Assembly: GCA_050178035.1 (NCBI GenBank)
Contig: JBFXGK010000010.1
Span: forward strand, 36,396-100,395
DNA: 64,000 bases
Origin: Kiritimatiellia bacterium
Lineage (GTDB): Bacteria; Verrucomicrobiota; Kiritimatiellia; JAKQHR01
Direction of reading: 5' to 3'
In this document: piece by piece, positions 46,349-55,489 of the stretch
Position numbering within the stretch: the first letter of the stretch is position 1
Layout: each line of letters begins with the position of its first letter
Translations under genes and position numbers: made by a program
The notes under the pieces: model-generated
What the model saw: the letters and a program-made list of their open reading frames with translations, nothing else
What the model was told of the DNA's origin: nothing
Database searches by the model: none

Positions 46349-47284
46349 CTATTTCTCCGGCACCGCGGCGAAATAAATCTCGCCGTCCCGGTACTGAAAC
46401 CGGATCTTCTGCGACCGCAGCAGATCGCCGGCGTATTTGGATACTTCATTGACATGCATTCCGAACGCGTCGGCAATCTGCCGGGCCGTGCAGGGCCTGC
46501 GGCGCAGCATGTTCAGGATGGTCTCCTCGTTGGCCTTTATGTTCGCCGCGCACCGTTTCGGGAAACCGGCAATGATGGATGCCGCCGGGCGGAACAGCTC
46601 CGCGAGATCGGCCATCTGATCCTCGGGCACCGGATGGACCGTGGAGTCGGCCGGCGGCCGCACCGCCGTATTGAGATGTATTTCATCTGCCCCGAGGGTG
46701 CCGGCAATCCGCGCGATCTTTTCGACCTGCTCGCGGGCCGAGTTCATGCCGTCTATCAAAAACACCTCCAGCCAGATTTTTCCGCTGTATTCCGCACGAA
46801 AAGACTGCAGGCCGGTCACATAACGTTCAAAAGTAATGGCCTCGTGGGGCTGGTTGATGCGCTGGAATGAAGCGGCATCCCAAACGCTGAGGGAAAGTTT
46901 GGCAATATCCGCCTCTGCCGCGGCCTTGCGGACTTCCGGCAGCCAGAGGAGCGTGCCATTCGTGAGGACAACTGCCGGCGCGGGCATTTTATCTTTGATG
47001 AATTTGAGAATCTCGCCGAATCCGGAATGAAGCGTGGGCTCTCCAGAGCCGGAAAGAGTGATGAAATCGGCCTCGCTTCCCTCCTTCTCCCAGCGGATCA
47101 GTTCCTGCTGAACTTCCCGAACGGGCACATATTCCCGTCGCTCGATGGTCTTGTTGGATGTGTGACCCAACTGGCAGAAAATGCAGTCCAGTGTGCAGGT
47201 TTTGAGCGGGGTCAGATCCACCCCCAGCGACCGGCCAAAGCGCCGTGACGGCACCGGGCCGAATATATAACGGTAAGGCTGCAT
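46349..47284 (-). CDS. Radical SAM protein
   Basis: FGPVPSRRFGRSLG; CTLDCIFC; SGSGEPTL. Confidence 0.92.
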   Translation of the reverse strand: MQPYRYIFGPVPSRRFGRSLGVDLTPLKTCTLDCIFCQLGHTSNKTIERREYVPVREVQQELIRWEKEGSEADFITLSGSGEPTLHSGFGEILKFIKDKMPAPAVVLTNGTLLWLPEVRKAAAEADIAKLSLSVWDAASFQRINQPHEAITFERYVTGLQSFRAEYSGKIWLEVFLIDGMNSAREQVEKIARIAGTLGADEIHLNTAVRPPADSTVHPVPEDQMADLAELFRPAASIIAGFPKRCAANIKANEETILNMLRRRPCTARQIADAFGMHVNEVSKYAGDLLRSQKIRFQYRDGEIYFAAVPEK

Positions 47285-47339
47285 AGCATACTTCAGGTTA
47301 CGGCGCGCGGGATTTTCCGCGCGCCGCCCCCTGCCTCTT

Positions 47340-47681
47340 TTATTTCTTTTCAGGTTTCTTTGTTTCGAGCTCCTGAATGCGGCCGCGGATTTCGTCGAGC
47401 GCCTGCCCAAAGTATTCCGCCTGCTGCTTCAGTCCGGCGAGTTCCTGCTCCGGGGCCGGCGCAACCGGCACCGCATAGCCCCAGCCGCCGCGCATCCAGC
47501 CCGGCTGGCCTGTGGCGAAAAAGCGGTTCCGCCATCCGCGGCCGCCGCCTCCAAAACCGCCACCGCGGCCAAAACCCGTTCCGAACCCGCGGCCCGGTGC
47601 GGCCGCACCTGCGCAGAAGCCCGCGCCTCTGCCTGTCATTGCTCCCATTCCCATGGGTCCTGTTCTGTCTCCACCTGGCAT
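47340..47681 (-). CDS. DUF5320-family Gly/Arg-rich protein
   Basis: MPGGDRTGPMGMGAMTGRGAGFC; C-terminal coiled coil. Confidence 0.87.
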   Translation of the reverse strand: MPGGDRTGPMGMGAMTGRGAGFCAGAAAPGRGFGTGFGRGGGFGGGGRGWRNRFFATGQPGWMRGGWGYAVPVAPAPEQELAGLKQQAEYFGQALDEIRGRIQELETKKPEKK

Positions 47682-47707
47682 GATATGCTCCTTTCTTTCT
47701 GTTTATT

Positions 47708-48070
47708 TCAAACCCAGTGACCTTCGCGGTCGGCTCCGCCGGCCTCCGGAAGCTCACCCTTTTTAAAATCCTCGATGGCCTCAGCCACCTTGCCGCCCTC
47801 TTTCAGGTATATTTTGATTCCGGATGAATTCAGCACCCGAAAGGCCTTGGGCCCCACATGGCCAGATACAACCGCCTCCGCGCCCAGACGCGCAACAAAT
47901 TCGGCGGCCTGAATGCCCGCGCCCTGCGCGGCCTGCAGATTGGGGGTGTTGTCATGCGCCGACCATTTTCCTGTTTCAGCGTCGCACAGGATAAACTTTC
48001 GGGCCCGTCCGAAATGCGGATCCATTTCCGCCTGCAGGTCATCGCTCAGTGATGTCAGTACCAGCCTCAT
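47708..48070 (-). CDS. NifB/NifX-family cofactor-binding protein
   Basis: HFGRA; GAGIQAA; GPKAF. Confidence 0.9.
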   Translation of the reverse strand: MRLVLTSLSDDLQAEMDPHFGRARKFILCDAETGKWSAHDNTPNLQAAQGAGIQAAEFVARLGAEAVVSGHVGPKAFRVLNSSGIKIYLKEGGKVAEAIEDFKKGELPEAGGADREGHWV

Positions 48071-48435
48071 ATTTGTCTCCTTCCTCTCCCGCAACCTCTG
48101 CCGCCCCGCCCCCGGCGCTCCGGGTCAACAGGTGAAATATTCGCGTCATGCTGCACCGGACCGCCCTCGAGGCGGAGGGCCTTGCCGTTGATCAGGGCAT
48201 CCGCAACCTTCCGGCGGGCGGCTTCGGCCACGCGCGAGAAGGTGGGCCGCGAGATTTTCATCTGTTCGGCGGCCTGCTCCTGATAGAGCCCCTCCAAATC
48301 GGCGAGGCGCAGCGCCTCCAGCTCGTCGAGCGTCACCACCACCTCTTCAAGATTTCGCAGCGGGATGCCCGCTGGCTTGAAATAGGTCACGCCCGGGACA
48401 AATCCGATTCTTCGCATGCAGCATGGTCTGGTCAT
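48067..48435 (-). CDS. DUF134 putative DNA-binding protein
   Basis: RPCCMRRI..YFKPAG; ELEALRLADLEGLYQEQAA..ISRPTF. Confidence 0.92.
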   Translation of the reverse strand: MTRPCCMRRIGFVPGVTYFKPAGIPLRNLEEVVVTLDELEALRLADLEGLYQEQAAEQMKISRPTFSRVAEAARRKVADALINGKALRLEGGPVQHDANISPVDPERRGRGGRGCGRGRRQI

Positions 48436-48453
48436 ATATTCATCCTTCTATAT

Positions 48454-48484
48454 TGAACATATGTTCATTATGCGAAAATGTCAA
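48454..48484 (-). promoter_or_regulatory. Promoter with overlapping palindromic operator for the DUF134 operon
   Basis: Minus strand TTGACA-17-TATGTT; perfect palindrome TGAACATATGTTCA (48454-48467) covers the -10 box. Confidence 0.72.
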
Positions 48485-48621
48485 GGGGCGCATTTCCCCG
48501 CACCGCGCCGCGCCGCCCCTTGAACGGCCAGTGTGCATGCCTGGGGACCGGCGCGCTTTACAACAACATCCTCTTTACCTATGATGTGCCAGATTGATTT
48601 CAGAAATGGTGTTGAACATCC

Positions 48622-49632
48622 ATGAGCATTGACAGATTCAGAACCGCCGTCAGCATCCTGTTCCGGCATCCGCCGGCGTGGAAGTTCGACAAGAACCGCG
48701 ACCGCGCCTTCTCCGAAATTGACCGGTTCCTGGAGGAGTATGTTCGCCCCGGACAGCCCTGCGACCTGAAGAAACGACCGAACGAGGTTTGGGATACCGT
48801 TGAAACCTATCTTGTAAAGGCCGTCACCGAAATCGAAAAGTCCATCACGCTTTCGGCAAAGCCGCAGGGAGTCACGGTGTGGCAGATGTACAACTCGGGC
48901 GTCATTATCCAGTTCGCGGGGAAAATTGTTGCGCTCGATCTGCTGCCGATCATCCGGGACTTCGACTGGGTTGAACCGCCCGGGTTCACCCGTCGCATCG
49001 CAAACATGGTGGACATGCTGCTGGTGACGCACCGCCACAAGGATCACTGCGATGCGGCCCTTGTCCGCGCATGTCTCCGGAGCGGAAAGCCGGTCATGAT
49101 GCCGAAGGTCCTGGCCGACACGTTCGGCGAGGATCCCCTGCTCATTCCGGTGGACGGGATACTGGAAACCGAACTGGCCGGATTGAAAATCACTGCCCGA
49201 ACCGGATGCCATGTCTGGAAGGAAACCATTGCAGAACTTCCGGTGGCATATTACGAGGTCACCGCACCAGACGGGTTCAGTTTCATTTTTGCGGGCGACA
49301 CGGACTACACGAAGGAGTTTGAGAAAACGCCGGGAAAGGATATCCACCTGCTCTTCATCCCGTGGCGCAATCCCAATGCGTTTTATGAGGAGGGGCAGCC
49401 CAATCGCAAGGGAACCGCAGTGGATGCCGTCAACATTGCGCTCAAGAAAATTAAGCCGCGCGCGCTGGTTTACGAGCACTACGGGGAATTGAAGCATGTC
49501 TACGAGGGATTCGCGCCATCGTATGGAATGGCCGCATGGCTGAAGAAAGAGATCAAAACGCCGTCGGAGAGGATGTTCTGGGGCGAAAAGATCACGATGG
49601 CCGGCGTGCAGAAGAAAATCAGCGCCCGGTAA
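48622..49632 (+). CDS. MBL-fold metallohydrolase
   Basis: THRHKDHCD; FAGDTD; EHYG. Confidence 0.8.
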   Translation: MSIDRFRTAVSILFRHPPAWKFDKNRDRAFSEIDRFLEEYVRPGQPCDLKKRPNEVWDTVETYLVKAVTEIEKSITLSAKPQGVTVWQMYNSGVIIQFAGKIVALDLLPIIRDFDWVEPPGFTRRIANMVDMLLVTHRHKDHCDAALVRACLRSGKPVMMPKVLADTFGEDPLLIPVDGILETELAGLKITARTGCHVWKETIAELPVAYYEVTAPDGFSFIFAGDTDYTKEFEKTPGKDIHLLFIPWRNPNAFYEEGQPNRKGTAVDAVNIALKKIKPRALVYEHYGELKHVYEGFAPSYGMAAWLKKEIKTPSERMFWGEKITMAGVQKKISAR

Positions 49633-50026
49633 GAGCGGCCCAAATCATAACCCCGGCCAGCAGCAGTTCCGCGAGATACATCATCCGGATGGCGGCCGGC
49701 GACCGGTTCACAATCATCAGTTCCGCCAGGTGCCGGAAGGAATTCCCCCGCAGGCAGGCGACCCCCATAGTGGCAGTGAAGAGCACAACCACCAGCAGAA
49801 GCCACGAAGAAATGTCCAGCGTGCCCGGCACCGCAAGCCAAAGCGCAGAAGCCAGCGCAATGAAGAATATGCCTGTTCCTGGCTGGCGCGCGGGAATATT
49901 CGGCAGCAAATCCCCGATGGTTTTCCTGATCTCGTGAGGCTTGATCAAACCCCACAACGACTCCAGCGCCATCACGGCCGACACCAGCAGCAGGATGATG
50001 TGCACCCGGTTCAAGGCCGCCCCCAT
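49619..50026 (-). CDS. Small integral membrane protein
   Basis: About 4 hydrophobic helices; overlaps the upstream gene in operon fashion. Confidence 0.65.
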   Translation of the reverse strand: MGAALNRVHIILLLVSAVMALESLWGLIKPHEIRKTIGDLLPNIPARQPGTGIFFIALASALWLAVPGTLDISSWLLLVVVLFTATMGVACLRGNSFRHLAELMIVNRSPAAIRMMYLAELLLAGVMIWAALTGR

Positions 50027-50589
50027 TCCCGCGGTTCGATCGAAAGATTCTGCAGGCCAATCGTGACGCGCTCGTCAAAGACATGGAGAACAACCAGCCG
50101 GACTTCATTGATAGCCGTCCAGTTCAGTGAATCTCCGGAAACAGGCACGCGATAAACACCCCGGTTGTTGAGAACGGAGCCGCGGCACTCCGACATAGGC
50201 CGGACACCGGAAACATTTCCTTTGCTGTCTGCCATCACAATTCCGATCCGGTCATCCATGTCCGCGGGTTCCATCGCAAAGGTCAGAACTGAATCGGCCT
50301 TCAATCCGCTCATATCCCAAGGCCGCGTGAAACAGAAAGACACCCACCCCATTCGGTTTGTGGCGGGCGTCACATGCCATGCGGCCTGATTGCCCATGAA
50401 CTTGAAGACCTGACGGGCGAAGCCGGGAACCGAAGTTTTTTCATCTCCAATCCTGTCGGGATTCAGAAGGCGGATGCGCACGAGGGGGACAAATTCCCGT
50501 TCCGGCTCCTCCTTCCCGCGCGCTTGGGCATTCATCATCGGCATCGCAAGAAGCAACCCCCCAATGATAATCCGCAATCCGGTTTTCAT
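50011..50589 (-). CDS. Hypothetical exported protein
   Basis: Signal peptide MKTGLRIIIGGLLLAMPMMNAQA; beta-rich body. Confidence 0.6.
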   Translation of the reverse strand: MKTGLRIIIGGLLLAMPMMNAQARGKEEPEREFVPLVRIRLLNPDRIGDEKTSVPGFARQVFKFMGNQAAWHVTPATNRMGWVSFCFTRPWDMSGLKADSVLTFAMEPADMDDRIGIVMADSKGNVSGVRPMSECRGSVLNNRGVYRVPVSGDSLNWTAINEVRLVVLHVFDERVTIGLQNLSIEPREWGRP

Positions 50590-50629
50590 AATAATTCAGG
50601 CTATCACAGAAGAGTATCTGCACAAAGTG

Positions 50630-51829
50630 CTAAAAGGGATCCGCGCGGCATACCAAACCCTTGAGATATGCGCTTTCCGGAAAGTGCAGCGCGACCGGAT
50701 GATCGGCTCCCTGATGCATGTGATAAAGTATGCGGGCGTTCACTCCTGCGTCCAGCGCCGCGCCAGCAACGATTTTCTGGAACAAATCCGGTGAAATGCC
50801 GCCGGAACAGGAAAAGGTGAACAGCAGTCCGCCGGGATTGAGCAATTTGAATGCCAGCAGATTGATATCCTTGTAACCGCGGGCGGCTCCGGCAGCCTGC
50901 GCCGCTGTTGCTGCGAACTTGGGCGGATCGAGGATGATGCAATCAAACTTTTCGTTCCTGTCGCGCATTTTCCGCAGCTCAAGGAATACATCGCCCTCAA
51001 TCCATGAAATATTTTCGCGCGCATCAAATCCGTTCAAAGCCATGTTCTTTTTTGCTGTTTCGACGGCCTCGGCTGATGAGTCAATCGATGTTACGCTTCG
51101 CGCACCGCCCGCCATCGCATAAACCGAAAAGGCGCCTGTGTAGCAGAAGCAATTCAATATCTTTGCGTCTTTGGCAAACTTTCGGAACAGGCGCCGGTTC
51201 TCGCGCTGATCCAGGAAGAATCCGGTTTTCTGCCCTGCACAAATATCCACAATGAACTTCAATCCGCTTTCGCTGATTTCGAGAGATGGCGGAGGCAGCC
51301 CGCCCCTGAGAACGCCCTTGCGTTCAGGCAACCCCTCGAGTTGCCTGACGTCCACATCTGAACGTTCGTAAACGTTTTGGATACCGGTCACCTTGCACAG
51401 TTCATCGGCAAGGACATCGCGCCAGCGTTCCGCTCCGGCCGTCAGGCACTGCAGTACAAGAAATTCGCCGTAGCGGTCGGCGATCCATCCGGGCAGGCCG
51501 TCCGCTTCCCCGAACACCAGGCGGCAAGCCCCAAAATCTTCGGGCGAAAGCAGGTATTTCCTCAATTGCACGGCTTCCTGCAGCTTGCGGTTGAAAAATT
51601 CAGGGCCAATGACATCGGATTCAGTCCACGACAAAAGGCGAACCCGAATGCTGGATTCCGGACTGAAAAGCCCGTACGCGAGGAATTTTCCGCGGCTGTC
51701 CTCAACCCTGACGGTCTCGCCCGATCCGGGATCGCCGCGGACTTCCTCAAGCGCTCCTGAAAAAACCCACGGGTGAAACTGGAGAACGCTCTTCTCCCGT
51801 CCCGGTTTGAGTTTTACCGTTTTGTGCAT
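50630..51829 (-). CDS. rlmI: RlmI-family 23S rRNA m5C methyltransferase
   Basis: HPWVFSG; GQKTGFFLDQR; NCFCYTG; ILDPPKF; TFSCS; YLK. Confidence 0.9.
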   Translation of the reverse strand: MHKTVKLKPGREKSVLQFHPWVFSGALEEVRGDPGSGETVRVEDSRGKFLAYGLFSPESSIRVRLLSWTESDVIGPEFFNRKLQEAVQLRKYLLSPEDFGACRLVFGEADGLPGWIADRYGEFLVLQCLTAGAERWRDVLADELCKVTGIQNVYERSDVDVRQLEGLPERKGVLRGGLPPPSLEISESGLKFIVDICAGQKTGFFLDQRENRRLFRKFAKDAKILNCFCYTGAFSVYAMAGGARSVTSIDSSAEAVETAKKNMALNGFDARENISWIEGDVFLELRKMRDRNEKFDCIILDPPKFAATAAQAAGAARGYKDINLLAFKLLNPGGLLFTFSCSGGISPDLFQKIVAGAALDAGVNARILYHMHQGADHPVALHFPESAYLKGLVCRADPF

Positions 51830-51911
51830 GTTGTTTTGGCCGTTTTTAAAAGCAATGGCCGTCACCGGCACCGGTGACGGCCATCTGATCATTCATCACA
51901 AGGCCTGCGGA

Positions 51912-53108
51912 TTATTTCCCGCCGCGGCGCGGAATCGCGTCGTCGAGGAATTTCTTCAGCAGTCCGGACGGATCCTTGAAGCGGTTGTTCAGAACCATCG
52001 CCGCCATGACGTACGGCTTGTGCTCGGCTTCCATGTAGGTGCGCGTCCGGTAGCGATCGAAGACCGTGGCGGCCACTTCGCCCTGCTTGCAGCTCACGCC
52101 GGTGATGTCCGCGGGGAGGCAGTGCATGTAAAGCGCCTTGCCGTCCTTCGTCTTCTTCATCAGCTCCTCGGTGCACTCCCAGTCCTTGAATTTCAGGTTG
52201 TTGGCGAGGCACTGCTTCTCGAGGTCGCCGAGCTTCGCGGCTTCGCCGCCGCGCAGCATCTTCGTGCGCTGCTCCATGATGCTGAAGGGCGCCCAGCTCT
52301 TCGGATAGACGATGTCCGCGTCCGCGAACGCATCTTCCATGCTGTTGACGACTTCAAACTTGCCGCCGGAGGCCTTGGCAAACTCGCCGGCCTTTTTCAC
52401 AATGTCCGGCATCAGGTCGTAACCCTTCGGGTACGCCAGCGAAACGTTCATGCCGAAGCGGCTCATCAGGCCGATAATGCCCTGGGGCACGGACAGCGGC
52501 TTGCCATAGGACGGGCTGTAGGCCCAGGTCATGGCGATCTTTTTGCCGCGCAGGTTTTCCAGCGAACCGAAGGTTTTCTGCAGATGCATCAGGTCGGCCA
52601 TGGACTGCGTCGGATGGTCGCGGTCGCACTGGAGGTTCAGGATCGCGGGCTTCTGGGGCAGCACGCCGTCGCGCAAGCCCTCTTTCACGGCATTGGAAAC
52701 TTCCTTCATGTATTCATGGCCTTCGCCAATGTACATGTCGTCGCGAATGCCGATCACTTCCGTGAGGAACGAGATCATGTTCGCGGTCTCGCGGACGGTT
52801 TCGCCGTGGGCAACCTGCGACTTCTTCTCGTCCATGTCCATCAGCGTCAGGCCCAGCAGGCTCGCGGCGCTCGCGAACGAGAAGCGCGTGCGGGTGGACT
52901 GGTCGCGGAAGATGGAGACCGCGAGGCCGTTTTTGAACGCCGGCGTCTGGATGCCCTCGCGGAACAGCTCCTCGAAGATCTCAGCGGCCAAGAGGACCGC
53001 GCGCAGATCCGCATCCGACTGCTCCCACGTCAGCAGGAAGTCGTTTTCGTACAGACCAGTCTTGAGCTTGCTCATCTGGTCAATCAGTGACTTGATTTTT
53101 TTGCTCAT
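51912..53108 (-). CDS. ygeW: Knotted carbamoyltransferase YgeW
   Basis: FRDQSTRTR; LQCDRDHPTQ; WAYSPSYGKPLSVPQG; HCLPAD. Confidence 0.93.
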   Translation of the reverse strand: MSKKIKSLIDQMSKLKTGLYENDFLLTWEQSDADLRAVLLAAEIFEELFREGIQTPAFKNGLAVSIFRDQSTRTRFSFASAASLLGLTLMDMDEKKSQVAHGETVRETANMISFLTEVIGIRDDMYIGEGHEYMKEVSNAVKEGLRDGVLPQKPAILNLQCDRDHPTQSMADLMHLQKTFGSLENLRGKKIAMTWAYSPSYGKPLSVPQGIIGLMSRFGMNVSLAYPKGYDLMPDIVKKAGEFAKASGGKFEVVNSMEDAFADADIVYPKSWAPFSIMEQRTKMLRGGEAAKLGDLEKQCLANNLKFKDWECTEELMKKTKDGKALYMHCLPADITGVSCKQGEVAATVFDRYRTRTYMEAEHKPYVMAAMVLNNRFKDPSGLLKKFLDDAIPRRGGK

Positions 53109-53141
53109 TCAGAATCTCCTTATGTCTTTGATTCAGCGGGT

Positions 53142-54626
53142 TTAGAGCTTTTTCAGCAGCCCTGTCCCCTCGTTAAACTCGTTGATCAGCTTGTCCCATT
53201 CCTCAACCTGTTCGGAAGCGAACAGTTCCTTCCAGAAGTCCTCGTCCCAGAGGGCGCGCAGATCTTCAGAATTCTTGGCCTGCTGTTCAACCCAGGTGAA
53301 GTACTTGAAGTTGTGCAGCGCCTTCTGATCGAAGAAGGTCAGCTCGCGCAGATTGTCGGTGCGAATACCTTCGAGGTAGCGCCCGAAGTGGCTGCTGGCC
53401 TTTATCGCATCGTACTTGCCGTGCTGTTCGGTCATTTCCGCCTGGCGCGACGCATAGAGCTCCATGGAATCTGTCGCCGGGAAGAAGATGACATCGCGCG
53501 AATCCATTTCGTAGTATTTCGCGGCCTTGATCGCAGCCGTGAAGTTGCAGATGGAGGAAATGCCCAGCAGGCTGAGCTGGTTGATGAAATCCTCCTTCAG
53601 GCCCTGCTTCTTCAGGAAATCCTTGCCCGCAGGCTCGTTGAAGAGGCGCAGAAGCTGCATGGTCTTCTCGTCATCAATGGCGGCCACCATATCGGTGTTG
53701 CGGACATTGTGGATCCACGGCACGTGCTTGTCGCCAATGCCCTCGATGCGATGCGCGCCGAAGCCGAACTGATAGAGCGTCGGGCACTGCAGCGCCTCGG
53801 TGGCCACCACGCGGATGCCCGGATGCATGGTGCGCAGGTAATCGCCCGCGGCGATCGTCCCGGCAGAACCCGTTGCACTGACGTAGCCGGCCAGGCGGCT
53901 GTTCTCGGTCTTGTAATGATTCTGGTAGATTTCCTCAATCACGCTTCCGGTCATGTTGTAATGCCAGATCGCATTGCCAAACTCGTCAAACTGGTTGAAG
54001 ATGACGATCTTGTTGCCGCGCTCCTTGCGGAGCTCCCAGCACTTGTCGTAGATTTCTTTCACGTTGGACTCGGTGCCCGGCGTGGCGATGATTTCGTCTG
54101 TGCCGATTTCCTTCAGCCACTCAAAGCGCTCGCGGCTCATGCCCTCGGGCAGAATAGCGACCGCAGGACATCCCAGCAGGGCACAGTCGTAGGCGCCGCC
54201 GCGGCAGTAGTTGCCGGTGGAGGGCCAAACGGCCTTCTGGGTGGTCGGGTCGAAATTTCCGGACACCAGGCGGGGAACCAGGCAGCCGTATGCCGCGCCC
54301 ACCTTGTGCGCGCCGGTGGGGAACCACTTGCCGACAAGGCCGACAATCTTCGCATCCACGCCCGTCAGCTCGGAGGGAAATTCGATCCAGTTGCCTTCGC
54401 CGAAGCCGCCGCCCTTGGGCTTGGCTTCGTTCTTCCAGGTGATGCGGAAAAGGTTGATGGGATTGATGTCCCACAGACCGACATCCTGCAGCTTCTTCAC
54501 AATCTTTGCGGGAATTTTTGAGGGATCCTTCTGCTGCGCGAACGTGGGCAGAATGATGTTCTGCTTCTTTGCCCGCTCTATTGCGCGCGCCAGAACTTCC
54601 TTATTAATGGATTCTATTATCTTCAT
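53142..54626 (-). CDS. PLP-dependent fold-type II enzyme (cysteine synthase/threonine synthase-like)
   Basis: FPTGAHKVGA; STGNY; NQF; TGSAGT; IEGIG. Confidence 0.85.
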   Translation of the reverse strand: MKIIESINKEVLARAIERAKKQNIILPTFAQQKDPSKIPAKIVKKLQDVGLWDINPINLFRITWKNEAKPKGGGFGEGNWIEFPSELTGVDAKIVGLVGKWFPTGAHKVGAAYGCLVPRLVSGNFDPTTQKAVWPSTGNYCRGGAYDCALLGCPAVAILPEGMSRERFEWLKEIGTDEIIATPGTESNVKEIYDKCWELRKERGNKIVIFNQFDEFGNAIWHYNMTGSVIEEIYQNHYKTENSRLAGYVSATGSAGTIAAGDYLRTMHPGIRVVATEALQCPTLYQFGFGAHRIEGIGDKHVPWIHNVRNTDMVAAIDDEKTMQLLRLFNEPAGKDFLKKQGLKEDFINQLSLLGISSICNFTAAIKAAKYYEMDSRDVIFFPATDSMELYASRQAEMTEQHGKYDAIKASSHFGRYLEGIRTDNLRELTFFDQKALHNFKYFTWVEQQAKNSEDLRALWDEDFWKELFASEQVEEWDKLINEFNEGTGLLKKL

Positions 54627-54721
54627 GGCAGTCTTTCTCCTTCAGTCATTTCAAACAAGCGGTAAGACCATATACAAAAAAACCCCAATGACAACCAAAT
54701 CTTTTCAATCTGCTTCGATTT

Positions 54722-55489
54722 TCAAGGTGATACGGGCGTGGCTATCCGGTCGGAATACGGCTCATTTTCGGCGGGCGGGGTTTCAGTTTCAACATCCCGG
54801 ACACGCAAAAGGGTTTTGTGGCGCGACGGAAAGCTTTCAACATCAATATCCTGTATCGTCCACAAGCCCTCGATTTTCTTGAAACTCTTGATTTCCATGC
54901 GGCGGATGCGCTCGTTTTCGCGGTTGTAGCCCTCGGCCTGCAGCAGCAGGCCAATTTCCGGGTCAATCCACAGCCGCATTCCGGCATACGCGCCGGTTTC
55001 CGGATCGGGCGCGATCACATCCACCACATGGCACAGGCGGCCCTTCTTTTTCTCCGTGCCTGACAGCCTCGCGTCTTTCCACCACAGGAAGGAAAAACTG
55101 AGGTCAGCCCAGCTGAAATCCATGCCGGCCACCTGCGCGGTCGGGTCCGGATTTTCAACCGCAACCGGCGGGCTTCCGGTCGAAATGGAGATGGACGCCC
55201 CGCCATTGGCATCCCATGAGATTTCAAAACGCTGCTGCTCCTCGCCAAAAAGATCCCTGAGGACATATTTTGCCGACGGAATCATGCCCCCCCATTCCGT
55301 ATGAATATCCACCCGCCCTTCCGTTTCGATTTCCCCGCGGCGGGTTTTCGAGTGGTAACGGGCCTGCACATCCATCGGCGCATCAGGCAGCGCCGCGCGA
55401 ACCAGCGCGAGCAGATCCTGGGCAGTCGGTTCTTCCGCGCGGACAGATGCAGCACACAAGGCAAAAAGAAGAATCAGCAATCTTCTCAT
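54722..55489 (-). CDS. Outer-membrane lipoprotein-sorting (LolA-like) protein
   Basis: Signal peptide; GMDFSWADL; LWIDPE; KKIEGLW. Confidence 0.72.
   Translation of the reverse strand: MRRLLILLFALCAASVRAEEPTAQDLLALVRAALPDAPMDVQARYHSKTRRGEIETEGRVDIHTEWGGMIPSAKYVLRDLFGEEQQRFEISWDANGGASISISTGSPPVAVENPDPTAQVAGMDFSWADLSFSFLWWKDARLSGTEKKKGRLCHVVDVIAPDPETGAYAGMRLWIDPEIGLLLQAEGYNRENERIRRMEIKSFKKIEGLWTIQDIDVESFPSRHKTLLRVRDVETETPPAENEPYSDRIATPVSP

Noticed and set aside
39634-48070. Nitrogen-fixation cluster
   Set aside because: Only NifX-like and NifU-like domains are present; there is no nifH, nifD or nifK.
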